Source: an uncultured archaeon
GTDB lineage: Archaea > Thermoproteota > EX4484-205 > JAAOZP01
Length of the DNA stretch: 61,726 nt
Assembly: GCA_938045545.1 (NCBI GenBank)
Contig: CALIBN010000018.1
Coordinates: 1 to 61,726 of the forward strand
Direction of reading: 5' to 3'
A program made the translations under genes and the position numbers. Every line of letters starts with the position of its first letter. Within the stretch, counting starts at the first letter, position 1. Of the stretch, positions 11,134 through 20,112 are shown piece by piece. The notes below the pieces were generated by a model, which was not told the origin of the DNA, ran no database searches, and was given only the letters and a program-made list of their open reading frames with translations.

Positions 11134-12912
11134 CTAGTAGTAATACTTTCCCTGGGCCCTTTGAAGCCTGTCCGTCTTAGAATCCTTCTTGTTTATCCTG
11201 GGGCGAAGGTTTTCAGGCTCCCTTCTCATAGTCACGTCCAGATACTTGAGAAGACTGTTCATGCCTTGGACGACATTCAAGGGTTCAGAAGCATACCCTT
11301 GGACACCGGGCTCACCATGGATGAATATAAGCCTGTCTGAAAGAAAATCCAAGGCGGCAATATCGTGTTCAACAATGAATGCTGAAGCCTTCTTAGTCAT
11401 AACAGTATGGCGTATCGCACGTATGACGACGAGCCTCTGCTCAACATCCAAGTACGCGCACGGCTCATCCAAGAAGTATATTGGAGAATCCTTCAGAAGC
11501 GCTATCGCTATTGCGAGCGCTTGAAGCTCGCCGCCGCTAAGGGTTTCAGCAAGCCTATCGTAAAGCCTGTCAAGCTTAAGGGGCTTTATCAGCTCGCTTT
11601 CAAGAACCTCAGGCACATCGCCCCCGTAAGCCTCTTTCAAAAGGTCGCTTACAACCCCGTTAAACATGCCGGAGACATACTGCGGCTTGTAGCCTATTCT
11701 CTTAGCCAGATCCCTGTCGGACAGGGATTCCCCACCGGAGAAATATTTCAAAAGTTCTTTCAGCATTGTTGTCTTACCTATCCCGTTTGGGCCGGCTATG
11801 CCTATGACTTCCCCAACTCCTATGAAGCCTTTCTCAGCCTTAAGAGTGAAGCCTCCTAGAGAAACCTGTATAGATGGCCATTCAAACATTTTCAACGCCG
11901 GAGACTCTTCCGCCGGGCTGTGAGCCTGGAACCTTATTCTTTCCCTCCTGAAACGAATGTTCTCCTGCCTTATGTAGCCTTCCAAGTAGGAGTTCATTCC
12001 GACGCGCGCTGAGAGAACCTGTGAGACAATACCGTAAACAGAGGGCTGCCCGTAGATTATTACTAGATAGTCGGCGAGATAGTCGAGCATCGTGAGATCA
12101 TGCTCCACAACCACAACTATCTTACCATCCTCCTTCAGAGAGGCTACTAGCTCAGCCACCTTGAGACGCTGCTTCACATCTAGGAAGCTGGATGGCTCGT
12201 CGAACAAGTATACGTCGCCCCTCCGCATGAAGGCTGCTGCGACAGCCAGCCTCTGCAGTTCCCCGCCGCTTAGACTGCTAACCTTGTTGTCGGCAACGCT
12301 TTTCAAATCCAGCCTTTCCAAGACTTCGTTTAAAACTCCTTTCTCATCAACCTTCTCAAGCGTTTCCCTAACGCTTTTACCGCCGATGATCCTGGGGATA
12401 TCGTCTAAGTACTGCGGCTTATAGATGCACCGCACCCTACCCTTGAAAATTTCTTCAACCAGGTTGAATGAAACACTCCCCCTTAGGAAAGACAGGATTT
12501 CATTCACATTCACGTCTTCACCAACCCTGCCCAGATTCGGCTTCACAATACCGCTTATTATCTTCAACACAGTCGACTTGCCTATTCCGTTTTCGCCAAG
12601 AATGCCTGTAACAGCACCCTTAGAGAGAACCGGAAAACCGTAGAGCTTGAAAGCGTTAACACCATACCTGTGGAAAACCTTTTTCTCAAGCTCGTCCGGA
12701 AGGTTTACCACCCATATGGCGTTGAAAGGACACTTCTTGACGCATATGCAGCACCCGCTGCACAGATACTCGTTTATCACGGGGGGAGCTTCGTCCTCAG
12801 CGAAGTATATTGCCTCCTGGCCTATTCTGACTATTGGGCAGTATTTCCTGCACGGTTTTCCGCACTTCGTGGGTTTGCAGGAATCCCTGTCTACTACGGC
12901 TACTCTAACCAA
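11134..12912 (-). CDS. rli: Ribosome recycling ATPase ABCE1/RLI
   Basis: N-terminal Fe-S cysteines and two ABC domains (GENGIGKST, GPNGIGKTT, LSGGELQ). Confidence 0.93.
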   Translation of the reverse strand: MVRVAVVDRDSCKPTKCGKPCRKYCPIVRIGQEAIYFAEDEAPPVINEYLCSGCCICVKKCPFNAIWVVNLPDELEKKVFHRYGVNAFKLYGFPVLSKGAVTGILGENGIGKSTVLKIISGIVKPNLGRVGEDVNVNEILSFLRGSVSFNLVEEIFKGRVRCIYKPQYLDDIPRIIGGKSVRETLEKVDEKGVLNEVLERLDLKSVADNKVSSLSGGELQRLAVAAAFMRRGDVYLFDEPSSFLDVKQRLKVAELVASLKEDGKIVVVVEHDLTMLDYLADYLVIIYGQPSVYGIVSQVLSARVGMNSYLEGYIRQENIRFRRERIRFQAHSPAEESPALKMFEWPSIQVSLGGFTLKAEKGFIGVGEVIGIAGPNGIGKTTMLKELLKYFSGGESLSDRDLAKRIGYKPQYVSGMFNGVVSDLLKEAYGGDVPEVLESELIKPLKLDRLYDRLAETLSGGELQALAIAIALLKDSPIYFLDEPCAYLDVEQRLVVIRAIRHTVMTKKASAFIVEHDIAALDFLSDRLIFIHGEPGVQGYASEPLNVVQGMNSLLKYLDVTMRREPENLRPRINKKDSKTDRLQRAQGKYYY

Positions 12913-12968
12913 TCCGCATCAACTCTCAAAAACTCTGAAAAACTACGTGAGAAAAAACTTTGCCTTTT

Positions 12969-13076
12969 CTACCATTCTTCCTCTAGTTCTTCCTCTTCCC
13001 AGTCTTCCTCCCAGTCCTCTTCCTCTTCCTCCCATTCTTCCTCCTCTTCTTCCTCCTCGTCAAAATCCTCGCTCAT
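12969..13076 (-). CDS. 35-aa ultra-acidic Trp-containing small protein (not in ORF track)
   Basis: ATG..TAG frame MSEDFDEEEEEEEEWEEEEEDWEEDWEEEELEEEW. Mixed GAA/GAG codons. TATA-like TTTTTATA about 30 nt upstream on the minus strand. Confidence 0.7.
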   Translation of the reverse strand: MSEDFDEEEEEEEEWEEEEEDWEEDWEEEELEEEW

Positions 13077-13153
13077 TTTCGGTCGGATGAAGCTTTGAAA
13101 AGCAGTATAAAAACATATCCCCAGGTAAAAAAACTGCGAAGCACGCTTACAAT

Positions 13154-13879
13154 CTATATTTCTTCCGCGGTGAGGGTTACTGTCGTCCTTTCCTCAATCC
13201 TCTCTATAACGCCGTCCCTAAGCCATGCTAGCCTATCCGAAACATCCACCATTTTAAGATCATGGGTAGCACATATTACAGTAGTGTTCCTCTCCACCTT
13301 AAGCCTGTAGAGCAGCTGGACTATTGAAAGCCCCGTGGAGAGGTCGAGGTTACCCGTAGGCTCGTCCGCAAGTATTATAGAAGGATTGTTCGCCAACGCT
13401 CTTGCGATCGCAACCCTTTGCTGCTGTCCGCCGGAAAGCTCCTGTGGCCTGTGGCTAAGCCTGTCTCCCAAGCCGACAAGGCTTAGAAGCTCAGCAGCCT
13501 TCTTACGCCTCTCCTCCCTGCTTATCCCGAGGAAGACCATTGGCAACGCGACATTGTCTTGGGCTGAGAGCACCGGTATCAGGTTGAACGTTTGAAATAT
13601 GTAGCCTATTTTCCTGCTTCTAACCCATGCTAGCTGCCGGTCGTTCATCTGAGCCAGGTTTATACTGTCTATGGAGACGCTTCCGCTCGTAGGCTTATCT
13701 AGGCCGCCGATCATGTTGAACAGCGTCGTCTTACCGCTTCCAGAGGGACCCATCACAACCACGTATTCCCCCCTTTTCACCTGAAGGTCAATCCCCTTTA
13801 AAGCCTTCACAACACCGCTCCTTAGAACGTAATCCTTAGTGACCTCCTTAACGTCCACTACTATTTCCGGCGCCTCCAA
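13154..13879 (-). CDS. ABC transporter ATP-binding protein (LolD/MacB-type)
   Basis: GPSGSGKTT, LSGGQQQRVAIARAL, ADEPTGNLD. Confidence 0.9.
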   Translation of the reverse strand: MEAPEIVVDVKEVTKDYVLRSGVVKALKGIDLQVKRGEYVVVMGPSGSGKTTLFNMIGGLDKPTSGSVSIDSINLAQMNDRQLAWVRSRKIGYIFQTFNLIPVLSAQDNVALPMVFLGISREERRKKAAELLSLVGLGDRLSHRPQELSGGQQQRVAIARALANNPSIILADEPTGNLDLSTGLSIVQLLYRLKVERNTTVICATHDLKMVDVSDRLAWLRDGVIERIEERTTVTLTAEEI

Positions 13880-14011
13880 GGCTGTTTATTCTGCATGTAA
13901 ACTAGTATTTTAATCTTGCTAGCCCCTGCTTCAACTGTCAGGCTACCAAGAGAGCCTCTTAAAGCCGTTCAAATCATGAATTTCCAAGCGGCTTCTAGCC
14001 ACACGCCTGTT

Positions 14012-14554
14012 TTAAACGTATAGCAGCGCTATCCTTTCCTTGACGAGCTCAAGCACGTCGGAATACTTCAAGGCTTCAACGTTGAGATCCTTGGAAAGCA
14101 GGCTGCTCCAGAATGATGTGAACGATTGCTCATCATCCCTGAAAGGTTCAACAGACAGCCCTCTCTTCGAAAAACCTTCCTTTAAAGCAGCAACAGCCTC
14201 CTTTAAAACTTCAGCATCTTCTGAAATCACCAGTATTGCTGCCCGTTGCGAAACTGGTGCTCCAAGCGTGGATAACGCTTCCTGGAAGCTCCTCTTTCCG
14301 TAGAGCGCCACTAGAAGCTCCTGTTCAAAACCTCTGAGCACGTTATACCCGTGTTTGAAGGCTTGGTGAACATTGTAGACTAGGAAAGGTATTAGTTCGC
14401 TAACTAGGCAGGCTGGGTTGAAAAACTGAATGAAAACTCTCCTATTCTTCTTTAACTCAGCCGCTATACTAACCCATTCTTCCGGGAGGTTGTCAACCAA
14501 TAGAAGCGTGAAGCACAAGCCCAGTGAATCTATGTTTCGAACAGGTTCCAACAC
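14012..14554 (-). CDS. Probable KEOPS complex subunit Cgi121
   Basis: IQFFNP...AFKHGYNVLRGFEQELLVALYGKRSFQEALSTLG and C-terminal VKERIALL fit the Cgi121 pattern. Confidence 0.55.
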   Translation of the reverse strand: MLEPVRNIDSLGLCFTLLLVDNLPEEWVSIAAELKKNRRVFIQFFNPACLVSELIPFLVYNVHQAFKHGYNVLRGFEQELLVALYGKRSFQEALSTLGAPVSQRAAILVISEDAEVLKEAVAALKEGFSKRGLSVEPFRDDEQSFTSFWSSLLSKDLNVEALKYSDVLELVKERIALLYV

Positions 14555-14618
14555 GGATATTTATCCAAGAAACTGGATAAAAACATTTATTTTATAGCAT
14601 TTAAGCGTTAAAGCCGGA

Positions 14619-15212
14619 ATGGAGTTCGAAGTAATAAGCTGGGAGCATTTTTACCAGCTTACTCTGGAGCTCGTTGAGAAAGTTTTGAAATCCGGATATA
14701 TGCCGGAAGTGATAATCGGAGTCTCAAGAGGAGGACTAGTCCCTCTCAGGATTTTTTCAGACGAGTTCGAAAAACCGGAAATAGGCGTCATAAGGGTTGC
14801 CTTCTACGAGGATGTTAAAAAAACAGGTCGAGAGCCAAGGATACTGCAGGATGTTAACGTCGACGTTTACGGGAAGAAGGTACTGGTTGTTGACGATGTT
14901 GCAGACACGGGTAGAAGCCTGGAGATAGTACGCAAACATCTCGAGGGTAAGGGTGCTCGCGAGGTTAGGGTTGCAACCGTCTACTATAAGCCTTGGAGCA
15001 CGTTTAAGCCAGATTACTACGTCAAGAAGACAGAGAAATGGATCATTTTTCCTCATGAGATTGGGGAAACCGTGAGAAGCCTTGCTCAGAAGAACCTTAA
15101 GGAGGGTGGTAAAACCATTGATGAATTCAGAGAGATGCTGATAGATATTGGGCTGCCGCCCATGATAGTTGACAGCTATTTGAAGAGACTCAGAAATTTT
15201 AAACATGATTGA
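14619..15212 (+). CDS. Purine phosphoribosyltransferase
   Basis: SRGGLVP, PRPP-binding VLVVDDVADTGRS, WIIFPHE. Confidence 0.85.
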   Translation: MEFEVISWEHFYQLTLELVEKVLKSGYMPEVIIGVSRGGLVPLRIFSDEFEKPEIGVIRVAFYEDVKKTGREPRILQDVNVDVYGKKVLVVDDVADTGRSLEIVRKHLEGKGAREVRVATVYYKPWSTFKPDYYVKKTEKWIIFPHEIGETVRSLAQKNLKEGGKTIDEFREMLIDIGLPPMIVDSYLKRLRNFKHD

Positions 15213-15333
15213 AAAGCCTCAGAGAGGTGCATGGTCTTCATAGAGGTCTTCTCTCAGAGCAGGTCAGTTCACATCATTAAAAAAACAATGCTCAAAGAAC
15301 TATTTAAACCTGAAAGCGCATTTTTGTCAAAAA

Positions 15334-15711
15334 CTAGTTCTTACTTAAAATCTGCTCGAGGATTGTAGAGGAAAGATTATAAAGGAAATCGCTTATCTCA
15401 ACAGCCTCCTCTTCTGAAAGCTGTATTTTTTCAACCTTTTCAAGAGCCTTGTCGTACAGGCTTCTAAGCCTATACTCAACAGGGTTTGAAGCCTCCTCGC
15501 TGATGTTGGCGTTTTCATACCTGCTCATCGGCGGGAAAAGCATTGTTACGAACATTCTGCTCGAGAGTATTGACATCCTTGCGTATAGGAGTTTCAAAGG
15601 AGGAGAAGCCCTCTTAGACTCCTTAAGATAAGCTTCGGCTTCTCTCAGAGCCCTCTTCAACCAGCCGTAGTCGAAAACAGATAGGAAGATTGGGAAATCA
15701 TTCTTCTCCAA
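15334..15711 (-). CDS. Hypothetical protein downstream of rps17e
   Basis: Part of the 15334..15777 ORF. Likely TTG start overlapping the S17e 3' end. Confidence 0.5.
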   Translation of the reverse strand: MEKNDFPIFLSVFDYGWLKRALREAEAYLKESKRASPPLKLLYARMSILSSRMFVTMLFPPMSRYENANISEEASNPVEYRLRSLYDKALEKVEKIQLSEEEAVEISDFLYNLSSTILEQILSKN

Positions 15712-15925
15712 CCTCAACCACCTCCTCCTGTTGTTTCCCTCCTTCAGAGGATTTAACCGACGTAATATATCCGGCAACCCTGTTCAGAAGCTTCTTAGAC
15801 TGGAAAACCGCGATCTTCCTTAAAGCCTGCTTATTTGCATAAAAATCATCGCTGAAGAGATCACCGTGTTTAAGCAGCAGCATCCTCGCAACCCCTTTGA
15901 CCCGGCTGTCATAGATCTTTCCCAA
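15698..15925 (-). CDS. rps17e: 30S ribosomal protein S17e
   Basis: MGKI...FSDDFYANK...SKKLLNRVAGYIT signature. Confidence 0.9.
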   Translation of the reverse strand: MGKIYDSRVKGVARMLLLKHGDLFSDDFYANKQALRKIAVFQSKKLLNRVAGYITSVKSSEGGKQQEEVVEVGEE

Positions 15926-16023
15926 ACTTGGGGGAAGAAGAACCCATAACTTAATAAATGTTGTCTCCTAGGAAAAGCTTTTAAAAAGTCTTTTTAACGA
16001 AGAAGTATCGAGGTGATACGAAA

Positions 16024-17622
16024 ATGGCATATGAACGTAGTAGACCGGCAATAGTGCTTAAAGAAACAACCGTAAGGAGAAGCAAGGAAGAGGCTTATGA
16101 AAACAATATTGTGGCCTCGCTTGTAATAGGCGAGGTCGTCAGAACCGCCTACGGTCCAAGAGGCTTAAACAAGCTCCTAGTGGGCACAGTCGGAGACATT
16201 ACGGTGACTAAGACTGGAGTAACTATTCTCAGCGAGGCAAGCATTGAACACCCGGTGGGCAAGATAATAATAGACGCTGCCAAGGCTCTTGAGAAGGAAA
16301 TCGGAGACGGCACGACTTCGCTCATACTTTTAACTTGCGACCTGGTTAGAAACGCGTACAGCCTGTACAAGCAGGGAATAAGCCCGATTACAATAGTCAG
16401 AGGCTATAACAAGGCTTTGTCCGAAGCCCTTAAAAAGCTGGAGAAGGATGCTAAGCCGGTTGACCTTTCAGACAGGGAAGCTTTGAACAGGATCGCTGAA
16501 ACTGCGGTTACATTCTTCTCGTCACCAGAGGAGAGGAAAAAGATCGCTGAAATCGTCCTGAGCACCGCTGAAAGGATCGTTGAAAAAAGAGACAGCGGGT
16601 ATTACGCAGACATAGACTGGGTAAGCATAGTTAGGAAGCGTGGACACGAAGTTTTAGACTCCAGGCTTATAAACGGTGTTATAGTAGACAAGGAAGTTGT
16701 CCACCCGAACATGAGCAAAACGGTTAGAGACGCTAGGATTGCGCTGATAGACTATGCTCTGGAGGTTAAGAAGACCGAAATATCGACGGAAATAGAAGTC
16801 AAGACTACTGAGGAGCTCCGCGGGTTCATTAGAGAAGAGGAGGAAATGATAAGGGAAAAGGTTGACAGGATAGTTAAGTCAGGAGCCAACGTTGTTTTCT
16901 GCCAGAAGGGCATAGACGAGCTCGCACAGCAATACCTCTATAAAAACGGTATCACTGCGGTGAGACGGGTTAAAAGATCCGACATGGAGAGACTTGAGAG
17001 GGCAACCTATGGGAAGATCGTTTCAGACCCAGAGGACATTTCTGAGGAAAAGCTTGGGAGAGCGGATGTTGTTAGGGAGGAAGTTTTTGAAAACGAGAAA
17101 ATAGTTTTCGTAGAGGGCTGCCGCGAACCCAAGGCTGTTTCAATACTTTTGAGAAGCGTTAATGAGGATCTTTTGAAAGAGTATGAGAGAGAGTTTAAGC
17201 ACGCGCTCTCAGCAGTCCTCAGCCTGTACAAGGATCCGAGGTACGTTGTCGGCGGAGGGGCGGAGCTTCTTGAAATAGGAATGGCTTTGAGAAGAAGCGC
17301 GGATAACCAGTCTGAGGAGGACAGGCTGGTATACGAGGCCTTTGCTGAAAGCTTAGAATCCCTTGTAAGAACCCTTGCTACAAACGTCGGCATGAAACCT
17401 ATAATAACCATGTCCCTGCTCAAAAGTAAGCATTCTAAGAATGGTTCAGGATACGGTATAGAGGCTGTCAGCAGGCAAGTGGCTGATCTAGATGGAAAAG
17501 TAGTCGACCCATACCTTGTCGTTAAGAGTTGGCTGGTTTCAGCGGTTGAACTGGCTACGACAATACTAGGTGTCGACGAAGTAATACTGACTGTGAAACC
17601 TAAGACAGAGGAGAAAAGCTAA
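16024..17622 (+). CDS. Divergent thermosome (group II chaperonin) subunit
   Basis: YGPRG, GDGTTS, VVFCQKGIDELAQ, VGGGA. Both catalytic Asp positions appear substituted. Confidence 0.88.
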   Translation: MAYERSRPAIVLKETTVRRSKEEAYENNIVASLVIGEVVRTAYGPRGLNKLLVGTVGDITVTKTGVTILSEASIEHPVGKIIIDAAKALEKEIGDGTTSLILLTCDLVRNAYSLYKQGISPITIVRGYNKALSEALKKLEKDAKPVDLSDREALNRIAETAVTFFSSPEERKKIAEIVLSTAERIVEKRDSGYYADIDWVSIVRKRGHEVLDSRLINGVIVDKEVVHPNMSKTVRDARIALIDYALEVKKTEISTEIEVKTTEELRGFIREEEEMIREKVDRIVKSGANVVFCQKGIDELAQQYLYKNGITAVRRVKRSDMERLERATYGKIVSDPEDISEEKLGRADVVREEVFENEKIVFVEGCREPKAVSILLRSVNEDLLKEYEREFKHALSAVLSLYKDPRYVVGGGAELLEIGMALRRSADNQSEEDRLVYEAFAESLESLVRTLATNVGMKPIITMSLLKSKHSKNGSGYGIEAVSRQVADLDGKVVDPYLVVKSWLVSAVELATTILGVDEVILTVKPKTEEKS

Positions 17623-17644
17623 GTCCTTTCACACGCGTTTTTTT

Positions 17645-18871
17645 CTAATGCTTCAAAGATTTATTCTGGTTGACAACACTCTGTCTTACTCCTTTTTTAA
17701 GAGGCCCTATTATCCATGGGGCGAGGAGCATCGCAGAAACCATTGACAAGGCTGAAGACAGGGCGAACATGGCCCATAACCCTTGGTAATCCGAAACCAA
17801 GCCGCCGAAGTAGGGGCCGGAGGCTGTTCCCAGTTGAAGAGAGAGATTGTAAAAGCCGGCGTAAAGCCCCCCTCTCCTACTTCCTCCAAGGCTTGAGCTG
17901 ATCGACATTCCTGAGACAGTGAATAAAGCGTAGAGAATGCCCCGGATACTCTGGATTAACAGATAGCTGTAAATGTTCTTAACGGTTCCGTAGAGCCAGT
18001 AAACCATGGCTAAGCCTACTTCGCCCAAGACTAGAACCGGAAGACCCCCGACCCTGTCGGACAGCCAGCCCCCTAAATACATGGCAGGAACCTCGAAAAG
18101 AGCTCCTACCGCGATTACCACGCCTATGAAAAGAGGGTCGCTGCCCAGCTGCGATAATGAAATGGTTAAGAACGAGGATGTCGCTCCTATGCCCATTCCT
18201 GATATTAAAATGCTTGCTGTGAAACAGGCGGCGAGTTTAACAGACGAGCCTCCTCTTTCCTGAATATTCTCATAGCGGCTCTTCCTCCTACCCTCAACCC
18301 TAGGTAGAAACAGGCTAACTAGAAAGGAGAGAGTGGAGAACGCCAGGGCTACTGGAAAAATGTTCCACAGGCGGACTCTGGCGAGCAGGCCCGTAAGAAT
18401 GCAGGCGGCTGCCCAACCCATGGATCCGAATAGTCTATATCTTCCCATCGAAATCCCGAGTCGATTGTCTTCAGAAAGATCTGCAACCATGGACTGGGCG
18501 AGCGGCATGAACCCGGCTAGAAACAATCCGGCGACAACATACCATACTGACATGCTTATAACATCGGCTGACAGTAGTAGAATCAAGTATGCTAAACTCC
18601 TGATGAGAAGAGAAACGGAAACTATGGTTTTCCTGTTCCGATACTTATCAGCAACAGCGCCGAACACTGGTTGAAGCAGCGAGGAAAAAAGACTGGTTAT
18701 GGTCATAAGCAGGCCGATGAAGGCATAGGATAATCCCTGAGACCTAAGGTAAACACCGAACAAAAGCATGAATGGCGCGAATGAAGCCCATACCAGGCCG
18801 CCTACTACCGACAGCGTTAATAGTGCAAGGCTCGATTCTCCTGGTTTCAACTCCTCCATCGATTTTTCCAA
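17645..18871 (-). CDS. MFS transporter
   Basis: About 12 TM helices, GAVADKYRNRK and GWLSDRVG loop motifs. Confidence 0.85.
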   Translation of the reverse strand: MEKSMEELKPGESSLALLTLSVVGGLVWASFAPFMLLFGVYLRSQGLSYAFIGLLMTITSLFSSLLQPVFGAVADKYRNRKTIVSVSLLIRSLAYLILLLSADVISMSVWYVVAGLFLAGFMPLAQSMVADLSEDNRLGISMGRYRLFGSMGWAAACILTGLLARVRLWNIFPVALAFSTLSFLVSLFLPRVEGRRKSRYENIQERGGSSVKLAACFTASILISGMGIGATSSFLTISLSQLGSDPLFIGVVIAVGALFEVPAMYLGGWLSDRVGGLPVLVLGEVGLAMVYWLYGTVKNIYSYLLIQSIRGILYALFTVSGMSISSSLGGSRRGGLYAGFYNLSLQLGTASGPYFGGLVSDYQGLWAMFALSSALSMVSAMLLAPWIIGPLKKGVRQSVVNQNKSLKH

Positions 18872-19342
18872 AAGTATTTGAACTTTACTGATTCACTGAA
18901 AAAATGTTGACAGGATTTGAAAGGGCAACGAGTCTAAGAAACAGCGTGGATAAAAATTCCCTAATTTTTTACACCTGATTTGTAACAGAAGAATATGTTT
19001 TGCAGCACCTGATTTCCTGGTTCTAGAGACCAATAAGATTCAATACTTAAAACATCCGTCCTTTAGTAGGCCAGGGAGTTAGCACCTCCCACTGGCCGGT
19101 TAGGAGAAGCGCTCAATCAAGAAAAAACATTCGCAATGAAAAACGAGCGTCATTAGTCTGGAACGCGATGGAGAGGGAGTCGTCAAACCGCGCCTTTATG
19201 ATCATCGAGCCAGATCGACCCTTTCTCGCTGTATAATCAAATGGATTTCTGCGAAAACATGTTCCGAGCCTAAGGGGAAAACCTGTGACAAAGAGAGGGG
19301 ATGATGCTTAGTCTATAAGTTAAAAATGAAAAAATATTTAAA

Positions 19343-19417
19343 TGCTCCGACCGGGATTTGAACCCGGGCCCCGAGCTCGAGAGGCTCGTATGCTTGACCG
19401 GGCTACACCATCGGAGC
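19343..19417 (-). tRNA. tRNA-Glu(CTC)
   Basis: GCTCCGA/TCGGAGC acceptor stem, CGAGC-CTCTCGA-GCTCG anticodon arm, GGTTCAAATCC T-loop. Confidence 0.95.
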
Positions 19418-19512
19418 TGGAGAAACATTCTTCAAAGGGGGAATTAAATCTTTTGCTGCTTAAAAAGGTTCGGAAGCATGGATTTTTATAACCCGAGTGA
19501 ACGGCTTAAGTT

Positions 19513-20112
19513 ATGAAAAGCAAGGTAATAGTTGTAACAGGAACCCCTGGAACCGGTAAGACCTCCTTGTGCAGACGGATCGTCAGAGAGAATAAAGGCT
19601 GGGTTCACTTGGATCTTGGTAGGTTCGCAGTTGAGGTTAACGCGATCACCGGGTATGACGATTCGCTGGAAACCAGTATTATCAACACGAGTATTTTGAA
19701 AAAGGCTCTGCTAAAATATGTTTCAAACAGTGCTGGAGAAGGAATTCGCCTACTGATAGATGGGCATTACGCGGCTGAGGTTTCCCCGGTAAAGCATGTC
19801 GACTACTGTCTCGTCTTAAGATGTAGGCCAGACGTTCTCTGGCGCAGGCTTAGAATTATTAAGAGATACGGTGAGGATAAGGCGAAGATGAACGTTGAAT
19901 CAGAGATTACGGACTACTGCTATCTAATGGCGAAGCTCCATTTGAAAGGTAAGAGGATTGTGCAGCTGGACACAACCGGTATTAGTGTTGGAAAAACCTA
20001 CACCCGTTTTATGGAGTGTTATAGAGGGGGGTTCAGGTGTAGGGGTGACATGGTTGACTGGGTTGACTTCCTTCTGAAGAACCCTGGGAAAATGGGCTTC
20101 CTCATCCGTTAA
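19513..20112 (+). CDS. Adenylate kinase, AK6/Fap7 family
   Basis: VTGTPGTGKTS, IDGHY, VLRCRPDVL motifs. Confidence 0.8.
   Translation: MKSKVIVVTGTPGTGKTSLCRRIVRENKGWVHLDLGRFAVEVNAITGYDDSLETSIINTSILKKALLKYVSNSAGEGIRLLIDGHYAAEVSPVKHVDYCLVLRCRPDVLWRRLRIIKRYGEDKAKMNVESEITDYCYLMAKLHLKGKRIVQLDTTGISVGKTYTRFMECYRGGFRCRGDMVDWVDFLLKNPGKMGFLIR

Noticed and set aside
12647-13098. Plus-strand poly-Ser and Pro/Leu-rich ORFs, or a CT microsatellite
   Set aside because: Shadows of ABCE1 and of the acidic minus-strand microprotein. The tract has codon structure rather than a pure repeat unit.
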